A stretch of 64,000 bases of DNA from Macrostomum lignano. Taxonomy: Eukaryota. The first letter of the stretch is position 1, and each line of letters opens with the position of its first letter. Under the pieces are notes generated by a model, which was not told where the DNA came from, made no database searches, and saw only the letters and a list, made by a program, of their open reading frames with translations. Shown here piece by piece: positions 38,171 through 50,374 of this stretch. The stretch lies in contig NIVC01001859.1 in the NCBI GenBank assembly GCA_002269645.1, forward strand, positions 120,444 through 184,443. The letters run 5' to 3'. The position numbers were made by a program, and so were the translations under genes.

Positions 38171-41100
38171 AGCGAAGCTGGAATTGCTGTACTGTGTCAC
38201 TGAGGTGAAATAGATCGAGGGACTAGGGACTAGGTTAGGGTTAGGGTTAGGCTAGGGTTAGGGTTAGAAGGTTGACAGATATTTTTAGATTTCCAAGGCT
38301 TATTGGGGGCATTGCTCAAGGGGGGAAGTTGATATGTTAAAGCTTGTGGGGGGGGAATTACTGACATGTCAAGGCTTACAAGGTTTGACAGGAGATTTTT
38401 TAAGATTTCAAGGATACATGTAGTTTATTAAAAAAACGTGTATTGCATTTCTTTGGCTCCCCAACGGGGGCGTAGATTGCTAGTTTTCGGCTAAACTTAT
38501 ATAAAGCAACCCTCGTACATGTAGAATTCACGTATCACGTAGATTGCTAGTTTTCGGCTAAACTTATATAAAGCAACCCTCGTACATGTAGAATTTACCC
38601 GCAGTTAAATGCATGACTAATTAATCCTGCATGTACGCGTACATCTAGAGCGAAGGGCAATGTTAAGTATGCTTTATTTGTTTTGTCTCTATTAGTCGCT
38701 AGTATTGTCATAACTGTGGAACCATTCCAACCTGAGGCAGGCGCGTGAAAAGGTACTCCAATAATATTTAGGAAATTGAGAGAAATGCGCTGCTCCATAC
38801 AAAAAAACAGTAATAAGTCATTGGGCTATCTAAACAGAATGCCAATATTCTAATAACCTATTGATAAACACGACACGAATGGGGTTTGTTATACACGCTT
38901 GCAATCAGATAATTTTCATTTGACCAAAAATTACGTAATTTCTATTTTAACTCTTATTCTACTGATATTCGTTTTCTTCTCTACTGACTAGACTATGTTA
39001 TTTAACTACATTGCAAAGGAAATTGATTCATTCGCAAAAACCTACTTGTTTCAAGTTTGTCAAATTGGCAAGTCAGTGAGTCATGGGACCCTTGCTGAAG
39101 TCCCTACCCTAGGGTCTAGTAATTGTAGGGGCCTAGTCTATATACTAGGGCCTAGGTCTAGGGTTGGGTGCACTAGGCCTAGGCCTAATTGTGGACAAGC
39201 AGCTAGCAGGCTACTATATAGAAATAGGTGGCATAGTTCTAGTTTACTGCGTTAAATTATTTCGCCCTCTATTCAAGGGTAGGGGGGTTGGAATATAACG
39301 AAGTAAACTAGAACTATGCCAGATAGGTCTATAGTATAGGCCTAGTAATTAAGTAAAGTCTGAAATTGATATAATAATAATAGGCCTAATGCCATAATGG
39401 GCTCTATATCTCTTAATCTCTAGTCTGAACTGAATATAAACTAGGCCCTAGTTTAATATTATTATAGGTAGGCCTAGGCCTAATTAGGCCTAGACTAGAG
39501 CCAAATTCCTAATTTCATAATGTCATGTCATGGACTTTATTTTATTTCCTGCTTTTTTTAAAACCAAAGAATCATACTTTTTTAATTAAAAGCTTTTTGA
39601 ATTTGAGATTCTTGATTGCTGATTTTAATTTCAAATAGGCCTAGCTTAGTATTATATTAATCTTTGGAAAGACTTAAATCTCAAAAAGTTTTATATTTTA
39701 AGGACAAAAAAATTATAATAGGCCTATCTATTTTTATTAGAGTTTTGCTAGGCCTATGGATAGCCTATAAGACCCAGGCCTTACCAAAATTTTCCTATAA
39801 TAGGCCTATAAGCCTAGGTCATACCATAGACAAGTCTTTTTATAACCATATATGTCTATCTATCTATCTATACTATTTGATATCGACTGGGATTCTATAT
39901 TTATAGGGCCTAGAATGACAATCAAACTATGAATTTAAGACCATACTAATCCATTCAATTTTGAGATACAATCCCTCTATCTAATACTATTTTATTATTG
40001 ATGTAACCATAATTTGGAACTTACAAGCACTTTGGGTTTTATCCTACAATCACCTACATATAATTTTACCATTTAAATGATTGTATCACAATTGAATATA
40101 AGCTACATTTCCATAACTTTCTATGCTACTGCTACATTTCAATGCCATGCAATGATGATTTGAAAGGACTTCAAAAAGAATAAAATGTAAAATAAATATT
40201 AAATATTATTTTTTTATACACTAGAGTGCCTTTTTGACTCTTTAATAGGGATTGTAAAACAAAATTTGACTTGCTTGGGGATTGTCTAACAAAATAATGC
40301 CAATAAGTTTAGAATCCTAAGCTTGCAAGCATAAACAAATTTCTTAGCTAGCAATAATATATTATATGTTAGCCAGTCCATTTAAAATGTACATGGCAGC
40401 TTTTAGCTAGAATTCTGAGAAAGTCAATAAAAACTAGGTGAGATAGAGGATAATATATGTTGTTCAAGGGTTTAAGCTAGGAGATAAAAGCCAATAAATA
40501 AACCTTGGCTTATAAAATACATTAAAATGCTTTTCTTAGCATTCTCTAGTCTTCTAGACTTTAGAGACTAGAGATATACATCTAGTATGTGACAAAACCT
40601 ATACATTTGCTCTAATATGGCTTATGGCCTATGAGTATAAGATTTCTTAATTCTCATTTTTATATTTAACATATAAAGTAAATTAATATAACCTATAAGC
40701 TAAGTTTGTCATGGTTTTTAGCTACAAATATAGATCAATATTAAAAAGCTTTTGAGATAGGCATGGTCATCATTATAATATTAAATAATATATATCAGTG
40801 TTTTTTGTCATGCTATGGTGTGATATATCAATTTCAATTGTAATTTGTAGTATTTTGAATTTAGACCATTGACTTGAATTTAGTGATTTTTCAAGTTGAA
40901 TACTACTTATTTTTAATTCTATAGATTTTATTTTACATAGAATTGGCCTTTATCTTTTTGCAATCAATGGCCATTATTATAGACAATATCCAATGTAGAT
41001 TAGCCCTTGGCAATGCAGGCATAGTCTAATGCAGGAGATGGGGCACCCTTCAATGTACACTCTCTAACCTAGTCAATCCTCTTAGATCATTCAATGTATA

Positions 41101-41539
41101 CTCTTAATTAGAGATGAGAAAAATATTCAGGATTAAATCAAATTACTAAATATATAAGATATGGTTCAAATCAAAATCAGACAATTGAAAACCTAAATAG
41201 TTGACCTTGGCTGCATTCTGGGGCCTATGTAAATAGTTTTATAATTATTAAAATACAAGCTGTTGAAACCCGCGGATTTTGAACCCGGGGAATTCCAATC
41301 CCCGGAACTACTTTTGCATGTATATTCTGAAATCTATGGTCATACACAAACAAAAACTTGTTAATAGTTAGTAGGATAGAGGTAGACATAAAATGAACAC
41401 ATTAGTGTAAAATTAGGATTTGAAGCAAACATTGATATTGTTGGCTGGGTTACTTCACAGAATGTCAGGCAATGTCTGTCTGACTCTAAAACATGTATTG
41501 GCAAACTCTGGCCTCTCCCTGACTCTCCCTATGTACCTT

Positions 41540-42234
41540 GGATCCTTTAAAATTTCTATCGTCTCTCCTGTTTCCTCTCTTCTCTCTCGTCCCTAGTCTC
41601 TCCTCTCTCTTCTCTCCTCTCTTCTCTCATATCTTCCCCCATCTCTCTTCTCTTTCATCTCTCTTATCTCTTGTCTCTTGTCTCTTCTCTCCTCTCTCCT
41701 GTCTCCTCTCTACTTTTCGTTTTCTCTCTCCTCTCCTCTCTCCTCTCTACTCTTTCGTCTTCTCTCTCCTCTCCTCTCTCCTATCTTCTTTCGTATCTTC
41801 CCTCATCTCTCTTCTCTTTCATATCTCTTATCTCATCTCTTCCCTTTTCTTTTCTCTCTCCTCTCCTCTCTCCTCTCTACTTTTTCGTTTTCTCTCTTCT
41901 TCTCTCTCTCCTCTCTCCCCCTCTTCTCTCGTCTCTTCCTTCTCCTCTATTCTTTTCTCTCTTCTCTTAACTCTCTCCTCTCTCCTCTCTCCTCTTTCCT
42001 CTCTCTCTCCTCTCTCCCCTCTTCTCTCGTCTCTTGTCTCACCTCTTTCCTCTCTCTCTTTCCTCTCATCTCTTTTCTTGTTTTATCTCTTCTCTCTCCC
42101 CTCGTCACTCGTCTCTTCCCTCACCTCTAATCTCTCTTGTCTGCGTTTTTATCTCTCCTTTCTCTTCTTTTATCTTTTCTCTCTTATCTCTTCTCATTTC
42201 TCTCTGCTCTGCGCTCTCTCTCTCTCTCTCTCTG

Positions 42235-42278
<44 letters not shown>

Positions 42279-42280
42279 TC

Positions 42281-42372
<92 letters not shown>

Positions 42373-43140
42373 TCTCCTCTCCCATCCCTCTTCTACTCTC
42401 TACTCTCTCCCCTCTTCATTCTCCTATTTCCTCTTCTCTCTCCCTGTCTCTCCTCTCTCCTCTAGTCTCTGTAATCTCTTCTCTCTTATCTCTCATCTGT
42501 TCTCTCTACTCTCCCATCTCTCGTCTGTTCACCCTCATCTCTGCTCTCTCATCTGTCATCTTTACTCTCTAATACGTTCTCTCACTTATCTCCTCTGTAC
42601 TCTTCTCTTTCACCTCTTCTGACTCCTCTCTTTCCTTACTCCTCTCTTCTTTTCTCTTCCCTCTTCTATACTCTCTCTCCTCTAATATCTTCTCTCATCT
42701 CTCTGCACTCTCCTCTCACCTTTTTCATCTCTCATCTTTACTCTCTCATCTCTCCTTTCATTTGTCTCATCTCTACAATCTCATCTCTCCTTTCTCCCCT
42801 CTTCTTACATCCCTCTCTTATCTCTATTATCTCTATCTCTTCTCTTCTCACTCTTATCTTCTCTCTTCTCTATCCTTTCTACTCTCTCCTCTCCTCTTGA
42901 CCCTCTGTCATCTTCTTTCTGCTCTCTCATCTCTACTCTTTTCTCACTCTTCCCTACTCTCCTCTCATCGATCCTCTGTCTCATCTCTCCCCTCTTCTCA
43001 CCTTTACTCTTTCCTCTCCCTCCTTTCTCCCCTCCTCTCGCTTCTTCCTCCCTTCTTCTCTGCTCTCTCCTCACCACTTGTCTCTTCTCTTATCTTCCAT
43101 GTTTTCTCTTATCCCCGTCCCGCCTCTCCTCTCTTCTAAT
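41540..43140. repeat. CT-rich low-complexity tract with (CT)n core
   Basis: Almost purely pyrimidine on + strand. Confidence 0.95.
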
Positions 43141-43829
43141 AGTCTATTCCTTCCCCTTTCCACTCTCATCTGGCCCGCACATAAGCTGGATTCTTTATCT
43201 GGCTTTTGAAGTAAAAGTCTGCCGATCACTGCTTCGAAAGCCAGTTTGTGGGACGTACTACTCTCATCGTTATTCTCATGCTTTGATCACGTCATCTTTC
43301 TTGCCAATTTGCAGCCCTGAAAGGAATTTGTGTATCTTCAGCTCCACTGCAGTCTGCATCAGTCTAACAACCAAGGAAATACGCATTTCTTAGGAGGCCA
43401 TTTAAAATTTACACAGTACCTTTAAAAGAAACCTAAAATTTCCATGGTGTGCCTAATTTAGTAGGGTTGTATTTCATTGCATCGCATCGCCTTTTCATAA
43501 ATATTTCGCTTTTACAAACCATGCTGGATTGCCTCGATTTGCCAATTGCCATCCACTGTTAAACTGCTGCAGAGTTTGCCTATACAGAGGGGAGGGCAGT
43601 GGTTAGAATTTCTCACTAAACTGTCATGGCTAAACGTAGCCTCTCCACGCGCGGGGGTGCAGAAAAGGCTATAAATAAAGTTATTCCAAAACACTGTACA
43701 TTTGCTATGTACATTCAGTCCTACTGCCTGATCCTTCGTCTGGCTCTGGGGGAATGAGTGAGTGAGTGGCACAAACAACAGAAAAAGCAGACAAACTTCA
43801 CATGCTTACAGTTTCTGTTCTGATTGAGT

Positions 43830-44393
43830 TAGAGAGTTGAAACTTTACATTTAGACAGAGAATGAATCAAAGAAGAATTGTGTTAAGTTAGAAGTCAATC
43901 GCTTCACGTGGAGCAAACTTATGGCAACCGAAAGTTAGGCATTTTAAAACCTGATTCACACCCTTTGCCCAGATCGGGAAAGAGAGGCAGGCGGGCGGAG
44001 GTTGGGGTGGCTGCCTCGCTGAAAAAAACAGCCTAACTTTAAAAGTGCACAGCAGCTTTCAGGATTAACTTTGAGATTTGAAATTTTACACGATTGTGTC
44101 AAAATAGTTGAAAATTGCCTGTGTCAAATTTGAAGAGAATCGGTAGAAGTGGAGCGGCGCTATAGAAAATTTAGTGAAAAAATCGCGCATTTTGAGCAGT
44201 TTTTTTGCACTTTTAGGTGGGAAGACTCAAATTTAGGAAATTTTAAGGTAGCCTAAGACATTCTCCGTAGTAAGTTTAGGGTGGGTGTAAAGTTAGGTGT
44301 AATTTGGTTGAGTGGTTTGGGAGTCCATAGCGATCAAAATTGTCCACACACAGACACACACACACACAGAGTTTTGATTTTTATAGTTAGAGA
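43830..44393 (+). mobile_element. Non-autonomous Helentron/DINE-1-like element
   Basis: 3' architecture ..TTGGTTGAGTGGTTTGGGAGT..(CA)n..GTTTTGATTTTTATAGTTAGAGAT resembles DINE/HINE ends. A related end occurs inverted at ~1440-1467. 5' boundary uncertain. Confidence 0.5.
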
Positions 44394-45457
44394 TTATTAC
44401 CAATAGAAAAAGTAATTGTTTTGTATTGATTTTGAGCAAATTTTAATTAATTTAAACAAAAATGTAATACAACCTTTATTTTGGCAATTAAAAATCAGCA
44501 AGAATCATAAATAGACTATAATCTAGAGATTTCCATTTCTTTAAAAGTGTCCATTTCTAATGGAATTATCCACTTAGTAAAAAGCCTAAAAAATATAATT
44601 TCTAATTCTACTAAAGAGCAATCCAATTTTAAAATGAAATTTTAGCATATATTTTTGAGCAAATATTACACACTTTGGGCCTTTTCATATTGCTTGTTCT
44701 GGTTCCAGAACCAGAACCAATTTGTGAAGTATAACTTTTTGTCTCCATAACTAGAGGGAGATATGTGCTATAAAGTTTTTATTATTGAATGACAATCGCC
44801 AAGAAGAAAGTGAAAAATTGTGCAAAGTGAGGCTGTTAAGGCAATCAAACATTTAACAGAATTAAATACTTCTATTGCTGTTTTTCTTCGAAAATCCAAA
44901 CTGATTTTGATTCTGGAATTGGTAATATGAAAAGCCTCTTTATTAGAGCTATATAAATTATTACTTAGGAATTGCTATTTCTATGTTAAATTTGATATAC
45001 TAGGCCCCTAACTATATTGATTATTTTAACTTGTGCTTGTTTGCACTCTCGGTATAAATGTCTAAGAGTTTTTAAGATTAATTTTGTTATAATTCCCAAA
45101 TTCAAGATTATCCTGCCTAGGATCCTATCCTGCTTTGATTGACTCCAGCTTGCAACAAATAGAATATCATAGATAGTTTTTTTAGAGAAATTTTATTTAA
45201 GAAACCATATTGCCATCTGATCCCAACAATCAAGTTAAAAAATAAAATGACAATTTTAATAGGCCAAGTTTAACCAATTAGCCTAATAATAAAGTTATTT
45301 ATTTGGTATGATTTTTTAGAAGTAGGGGGTCTGTATGAACAAGAGGCATTACTACCCATTCTGCCAACTTTCTGAGCAGGCATAGGTATGCAGTCATACA
45401 TACAGGCACACACTTATGCAAGAGTGTGCACATGCTTGGGCACAACCTAGAAATTCA

Positions 45458-45577
45458 CCCAGTCATTTCTATTGGCAACACACACATGTAAGTTGGTATT
45501 GTACAGAATAGTAGTCACGTGACTACTCTCAGCCAATAGCGACTTACATGTGTGTGTTGCCAATAGAAATGGCTGGG
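45458..45577. repeat. Inverted repeat (36-bp arms, 35/36 match) with central 16-bp palindrome
   Basis: Arms 45458-45493 and 45542-45577; GTAGTCACGTGACTAC at 45511-45526. Confidence 0.92.
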
Positions 45578-45935
45578 TGATTCCCAAGGTTGCGCATGTA
45601 TGATGTGTGTGTTGCCAATAGAAATGGCTGGGTGATTCCCAAGGTTGCGCATGTATGATGTGTGTGTGTTGCCAATAGAAATGGCTGGGTGATTCCCAAG
45701 GTTGCGCATGTATGATGTGTGTGTTGCCAATAGAAATGGCTGGGTGATTCCCAAGGTTGCGCATGTATGATGTGTGTGTGTTGCCAATAGAAATGGCTGG
45801 GTGATTCCCAAGGTTGCGCATGTATGATGTGTGTGTTGCCAATAGAAATGGCTGGGTGATTCCCAAGGTTGCGCATGTATGATGTGTGTGTGTTGCCAAT
45901 AGTAATGGGTGATCCCCAAGGTTGCGCATGTATGA
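45556..45935. repeat. 55/57-bp minisatellite, ~7 copies
   Basis: Unit GTTGCCAATAGAAATGGCTGGGTGATTCCCAAGGTTGCGCATGTATGAT(GT)n. Confidence 0.95.
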
Positions 45936-46155
45936 GTGTACAGCAGCCATAACTTTATTTATCAATAAACATGTACACTTCAACTGTGCCTTGGGGGGTT
46001 GGCCCTTAAGGGTGTTAATGGTATAAGTAGACCAAAGCAAGACTGAGACAAGTTTCTTTTAAATCACCTAAACATCCTACTATTGTTATTATTTTTATGG
46101 TAACCCCAAAGAACATACTATAAGGAGTTAAGCAAAGCCACTAATACAATAAGCC

Positions 46156-47022
46156 ATGCGCTGGTACATCCACGTGACCTCAGTGCATAGCCTGCCACCG
46201 CCAGAGCTGGCTATGCCCACTCCGCCAGCCTCCGTAACCGTATGCGGCTTCGCCTCAACTGAATCTAGTCGTGCCATTGCTAATTTTGCTGCCGCAGAAG
46301 CTCGCCTATTGGGTGGCGCTTTAGCCAGTCTAGCTCCTGTGTCGCCTAGTGACAGCCTAGCAACCGGAGATTTACTAGTAGTTAGAGCGCCGCAAACTTC
46401 TCCATCAGCTGGCCGATATGCCAGAGCTCGTTTAGTTGCAATTGAAAATCTTATCGAGGGTAATAATATTGATCAACAGAGTAGTCTTCGAGTTCAACTA
46501 CTGGATTATACCTGTCATGTCACTGGCCAACCATTGGAATTAGTTTCGAATCGTGTTGATTGTCGCAAATTTGTAGTGCCAAATCCTAGCGCAGAATCCG
46601 ATGCAGAGGATATCGAAGAGTTTGTTAATTTGCCGCCAATGGGTAAATCTTTCTGCATAGCCGATGTGGCGGATATTGAGCCTGTTGATAATCCTCTAAC
46701 CGGGTGCTTAGCCGTTGTCACGGCAACCACGGAATCCACTCGTGACAATGCTAATCTACCATTAGTTCGACTGCGTCGTTTGACACCATTGGAACTGGCT
46801 AGCCCAAGGCATCGACACTCGGGCAGTCTGCACTGGACTGGCAGTCATTGGTCCGAGGAGCCCCTACACACAGCCGAATCGGACGCTCTAGCTCAGTTGG
46901 AAGTCTCTCAACTTAGAGAGTATATTATTCACTGCAATTGCTTGGCTGGCAGAGAACGAGCTTTGCGACTATTCGAAGAGAAAGTTCGACAAGATTGTAT
47001 TAGTAGTGCTGGATCTAGTTGA
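46156..47022 (+). CDS. Tudor-domain-like protein, uninterrupted ORF of 288 aa
   Basis: GDLLVVRAP..RYARARLVAI..LRVQLLDY follows the Tudor beta-barrel pattern; N-terminal YIHVTSVHS resembles the extended-Tudor first strand. Upstream exons not excluded. Confidence 0.65.
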   Translation: MRWYIHVTSVHSLPPPELAMPTPPASVTVCGFASTESSRAIANFAAAEARLLGGALASLAPVSPSDSLATGDLLVVRAPQTSPSAGRYARARLVAIENLIEGNNIDQQSSLRVQLLDYTCHVTGQPLELVSNRVDCRKFVVPNPSAESDAEDIEEFVNLPPMGKSFCIADVADIEPVDNPLTGCLAVVTATTESTRDNANLPLVRLRRLTPLELASPRHRHSGSLHWTGSHWSEEPLHTAESDALAQLEVSQLREYIIHCNCLAGRERALRLFEEKVRQDCISSAGSS

Positions 47023-47404
47023 TTATAAAACAGATAATTTGCATTGAGCCTTGTAAAATGCGGCTGAGGTCATTTTTATATTGCAATCTCTATTCAATCC
47101 CTGCGAGTAAAAGCGTTAAAGTTAAAATGCAAAAAATTATTGACGATACATCGTAAATAAGTGTTAATCTGTTGATGTTAACTTTAAAAAAGTCTAGACA
47201 TCTTGTATATTATGTACGCCTCTGGAATGGCGCTACTTGAATTGCGCCCCTAAAATATCTATGGCGCCCCCTGGAGAGCGATGGCGCCCCTTGAATATCT
47301 ATGGCGCCCCTTCAATAGCGATGGTGCCCTTTGAAATCGTTCTCTCTGATAGACCTCAAACCGTTTTCTCTTGAAAAAATAAATTAACTGAGGTGAGATC
47401 TCTC

Positions 47405-49205
47405 AAACCCCCAATGTACTCTCTCTAACCCAGTCAGCCCTCACAGACCCCTCAATGTACACTCTCTAACCCAGTCAGCCCTCACAGACCCCTCAATGTA
47501 CACTCTCTAACCCAGTCAACCCTCTCAGACCCCTCAATGTACACTCTCTAACCCAGTCAACCCTCATAGACCCCTCAATGTACACTCTCTAACCTAGTCA
47601 ACCCTCTCAGACCCCTCAATGTACACTCTCTAATCCAGTCAATCCTCTCAGCAGATCCCTCAATGTACACTCTCTAACCCAGTCAGCCCTCACAGACCCC
47701 TCAATGTACACTCTCTAACCCAGTCAGCCCTCACAGACCCCTCAATGTACACTCTCTAACCCAGTCAACCCTCACAGACCCCTCAATGTACACTCTCTAA
47801 CCCAGTCAGCCCTCACAGGCCCCTCAATGTTCACTCTCTAACCCAGTCAGCCCTCACAGACCCCTCAATGTACACTCTCTAACCCAGTCAGCCCTCACAG
47901 GCCCCTCAATGTACACTCTCTAACCCAGTCAATCCTTACAGACCCCTCAATGTACACTCTCTAACCCAGTCAGCCCTCACAGACCCCTCAATGTACACTC
48001 TCTAACCCAGTCAGCCCTCACAGACCCCTCAATGTACACTCTCTAACCCAGTCAGCCTTCACAGACCCCTCAATGTACACTCTCTAACCCAGTCAGCCCT
48101 CACAGACCCCTCAATGTACACTCTCTAACCCAGTCAATCCTCACAGACCCCTCAATGTACACTCTCTAACCCAGTCAGCCCTCACAGGCCCCTCAATGTA
48201 CACTCTCTAACCCAGTCAGCCCTCACAGACCCCTCAATGTACACTCTCTAACCCAGTCAGCCCTCACAGGCCCCTCAATGTACACTCTCTAACCCAGTCA
48301 ATCCTCACAGACCCCTCAATGTACACTCTCTAACCCAGTCAATCCTCACAGACCCCTCAATGTACACTCTCTAACCCAGTCAGCCCTCACAGGCCCCTCA
48401 ATGTACACTCTCTAACCCAGTCAGCCCTCACAGACCCCTCAATGTACACTCTCTAACCCAGTCAGCCCTCACAGGCCCCTCAATGTACACTCTCTAACCC
48501 AGTCAATCCTCACAGACCCCTCAATGTACACTCTCTAACCCAGTCAGCCCTCACAGACCCCTCAATGTACACTCTCTAACCCAGTCAATCCTCACAGACC
48601 CCTCAATGTACACTCTCTAACCCAATCAACCCTCTCAGACCCCTCAATGTACACTCTCTAACCCAGTCAACCCTCAGACCCCTCAATGTACACTCTCTAA
48701 TCCAGTCAACCCTCACAGGCCCCTCAATGTACACTCTCTAACCCAGTCAACCCTCAGACCCCTCAATGTACACTCTCTAATCCAGTCAACCCTCACAGGC
48801 CCCTCAATGTACACTCTATAACCCAGTCAGCCCTCAGACCCCTCAATGTACACTCTCTAATCCAGTCAACCCTCACAGGCCCCTCAATGTACACTCTCTA
48901 ACCCAGTCAACCCTCAGACCCCTCAATGTACACTCTCTAATCCAGTCAACCCTCACAGACCCCTCAATGTACACTCTCTAACCCAGTCAACCCTCTCAGA
49001 CCCCTCAATGTACACTCTCTAACCCAGTCAACCCTCAGACCCCTCAATGTACACTCTCTAATCCAGTCAACCCTCACAGGCCCCTCAATGTACACTCTCT
49101 AACCCAGTCAACCCTCAGACCCCTCAATGTACACTCTCTAATCCAGTCAACCCTCACAGGCCCCTCAATGTACACTCTCTAACCCAGTCAGCCCTCACAG
49201 GCCCC
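47405..49205. repeat. 41-bp satellite, ~44 copies
   Basis: Unit CAGACCCCTCAATGTACACTCTCTAACCCAGTCAGCCCTCA; alternating 39/41 dimers at the 3' end. Confidence 0.97.
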
Positions 49206-50139
49206 TGTTATAATTATTACACAAGCATGAAAGAATTTTCATGCAAACAGATCGAATAATCAATTTTCAATCACTTGTGTTTTAAGTATTCTTTCCTCTT
49301 ATTAATTGCATCACTGATCACTGGCTAGAGAATTATCATTCATTTTTTTTATTTTTGGGTGCTTTTTTGCTTAACTTATTTTAATTTAAATTCTGCAAAT
49401 AGTGTCCCTATTTTTTCCGTATCTTTGTCCTTTGACAGCTTGCTAGCTCTTTAATATATCGGCCTTATCTGTGCACCGATTTATGCTATTCTAATATTTT
49501 GTTTTTTTGCTTTTAATTTTTTATTTTTCTTAGTATTTTTCAATTTATCGCGTTTATTTGTCAACTGTTTTTGTTTGTTTATCCGTGTTATGATTATTTA
49601 AATTTCAAATTTTCAATTCAGTTGATAGTTCCTCTACTTTTAGTAATATATATAATTAAGTGTATATATTTATGTGTAAATATATTTGAATTAATTTTTC
49701 ATTTTTCATTTTGTCGTATCTCTTTTACCCCGCCCCGATCAGTTCTTTTCTTAAATGTTTTTTTTCTGAATTCAAATCTGGTTTATGCTACTATGTAGCT
49801 CTTTAAGTGTGTATAAAACGCAATATTGTGTATTGCCAGTATTTTAGTGCAAAATCAGCACAACTGTTAGATTTAAAGCGTTCTTTTATTAAAATATATT
49901 CATATTATAGCTGTTCATAAAATCATTAGGTTTTAAGTTCTGTGTCAAATTTTTCTCCAAATTTACTAATATTGGACTTCTACCTTTGTTTTAACAAGTT
50001 TTTGTCGGTGTCTTTTTTTTCTCTACAAAATCATAGTTTCATGTAGACAGTTTATCTTAGGGTTTATACTACTTATTATCTAAGTAGCATATAGTGATTT
50101 TTTAATTATCTGCTATCACTAGAATCTGCTACATAAGAA

Positions 50140-50308
50140 ACTTCTACCTACCTTAAAATCTACCATGCAGCTAGTAAGAAACTGCCACCTACCATAGAAT
50201 CTGCCACCTACCTTAGAAACTGCCAACTATTTTAGAATCTGCTAACTACTTTAGAATCTGACAACTACTTAAGAATCTGCCAACTACTTTAGAATCTGCC
50301 AACTACTT
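50140..50308. repeat. 19-bp repeat just upstream of Max
   Basis: Unit TAGAATCTGCCAACTACTT. Confidence 0.85.
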
Positions 50309-50374
50309 AAGAAACAACATTTTCAACAATATTTTGTCAATAAAACCTTCATGCAGTAGCAGCACCAAATCAAC

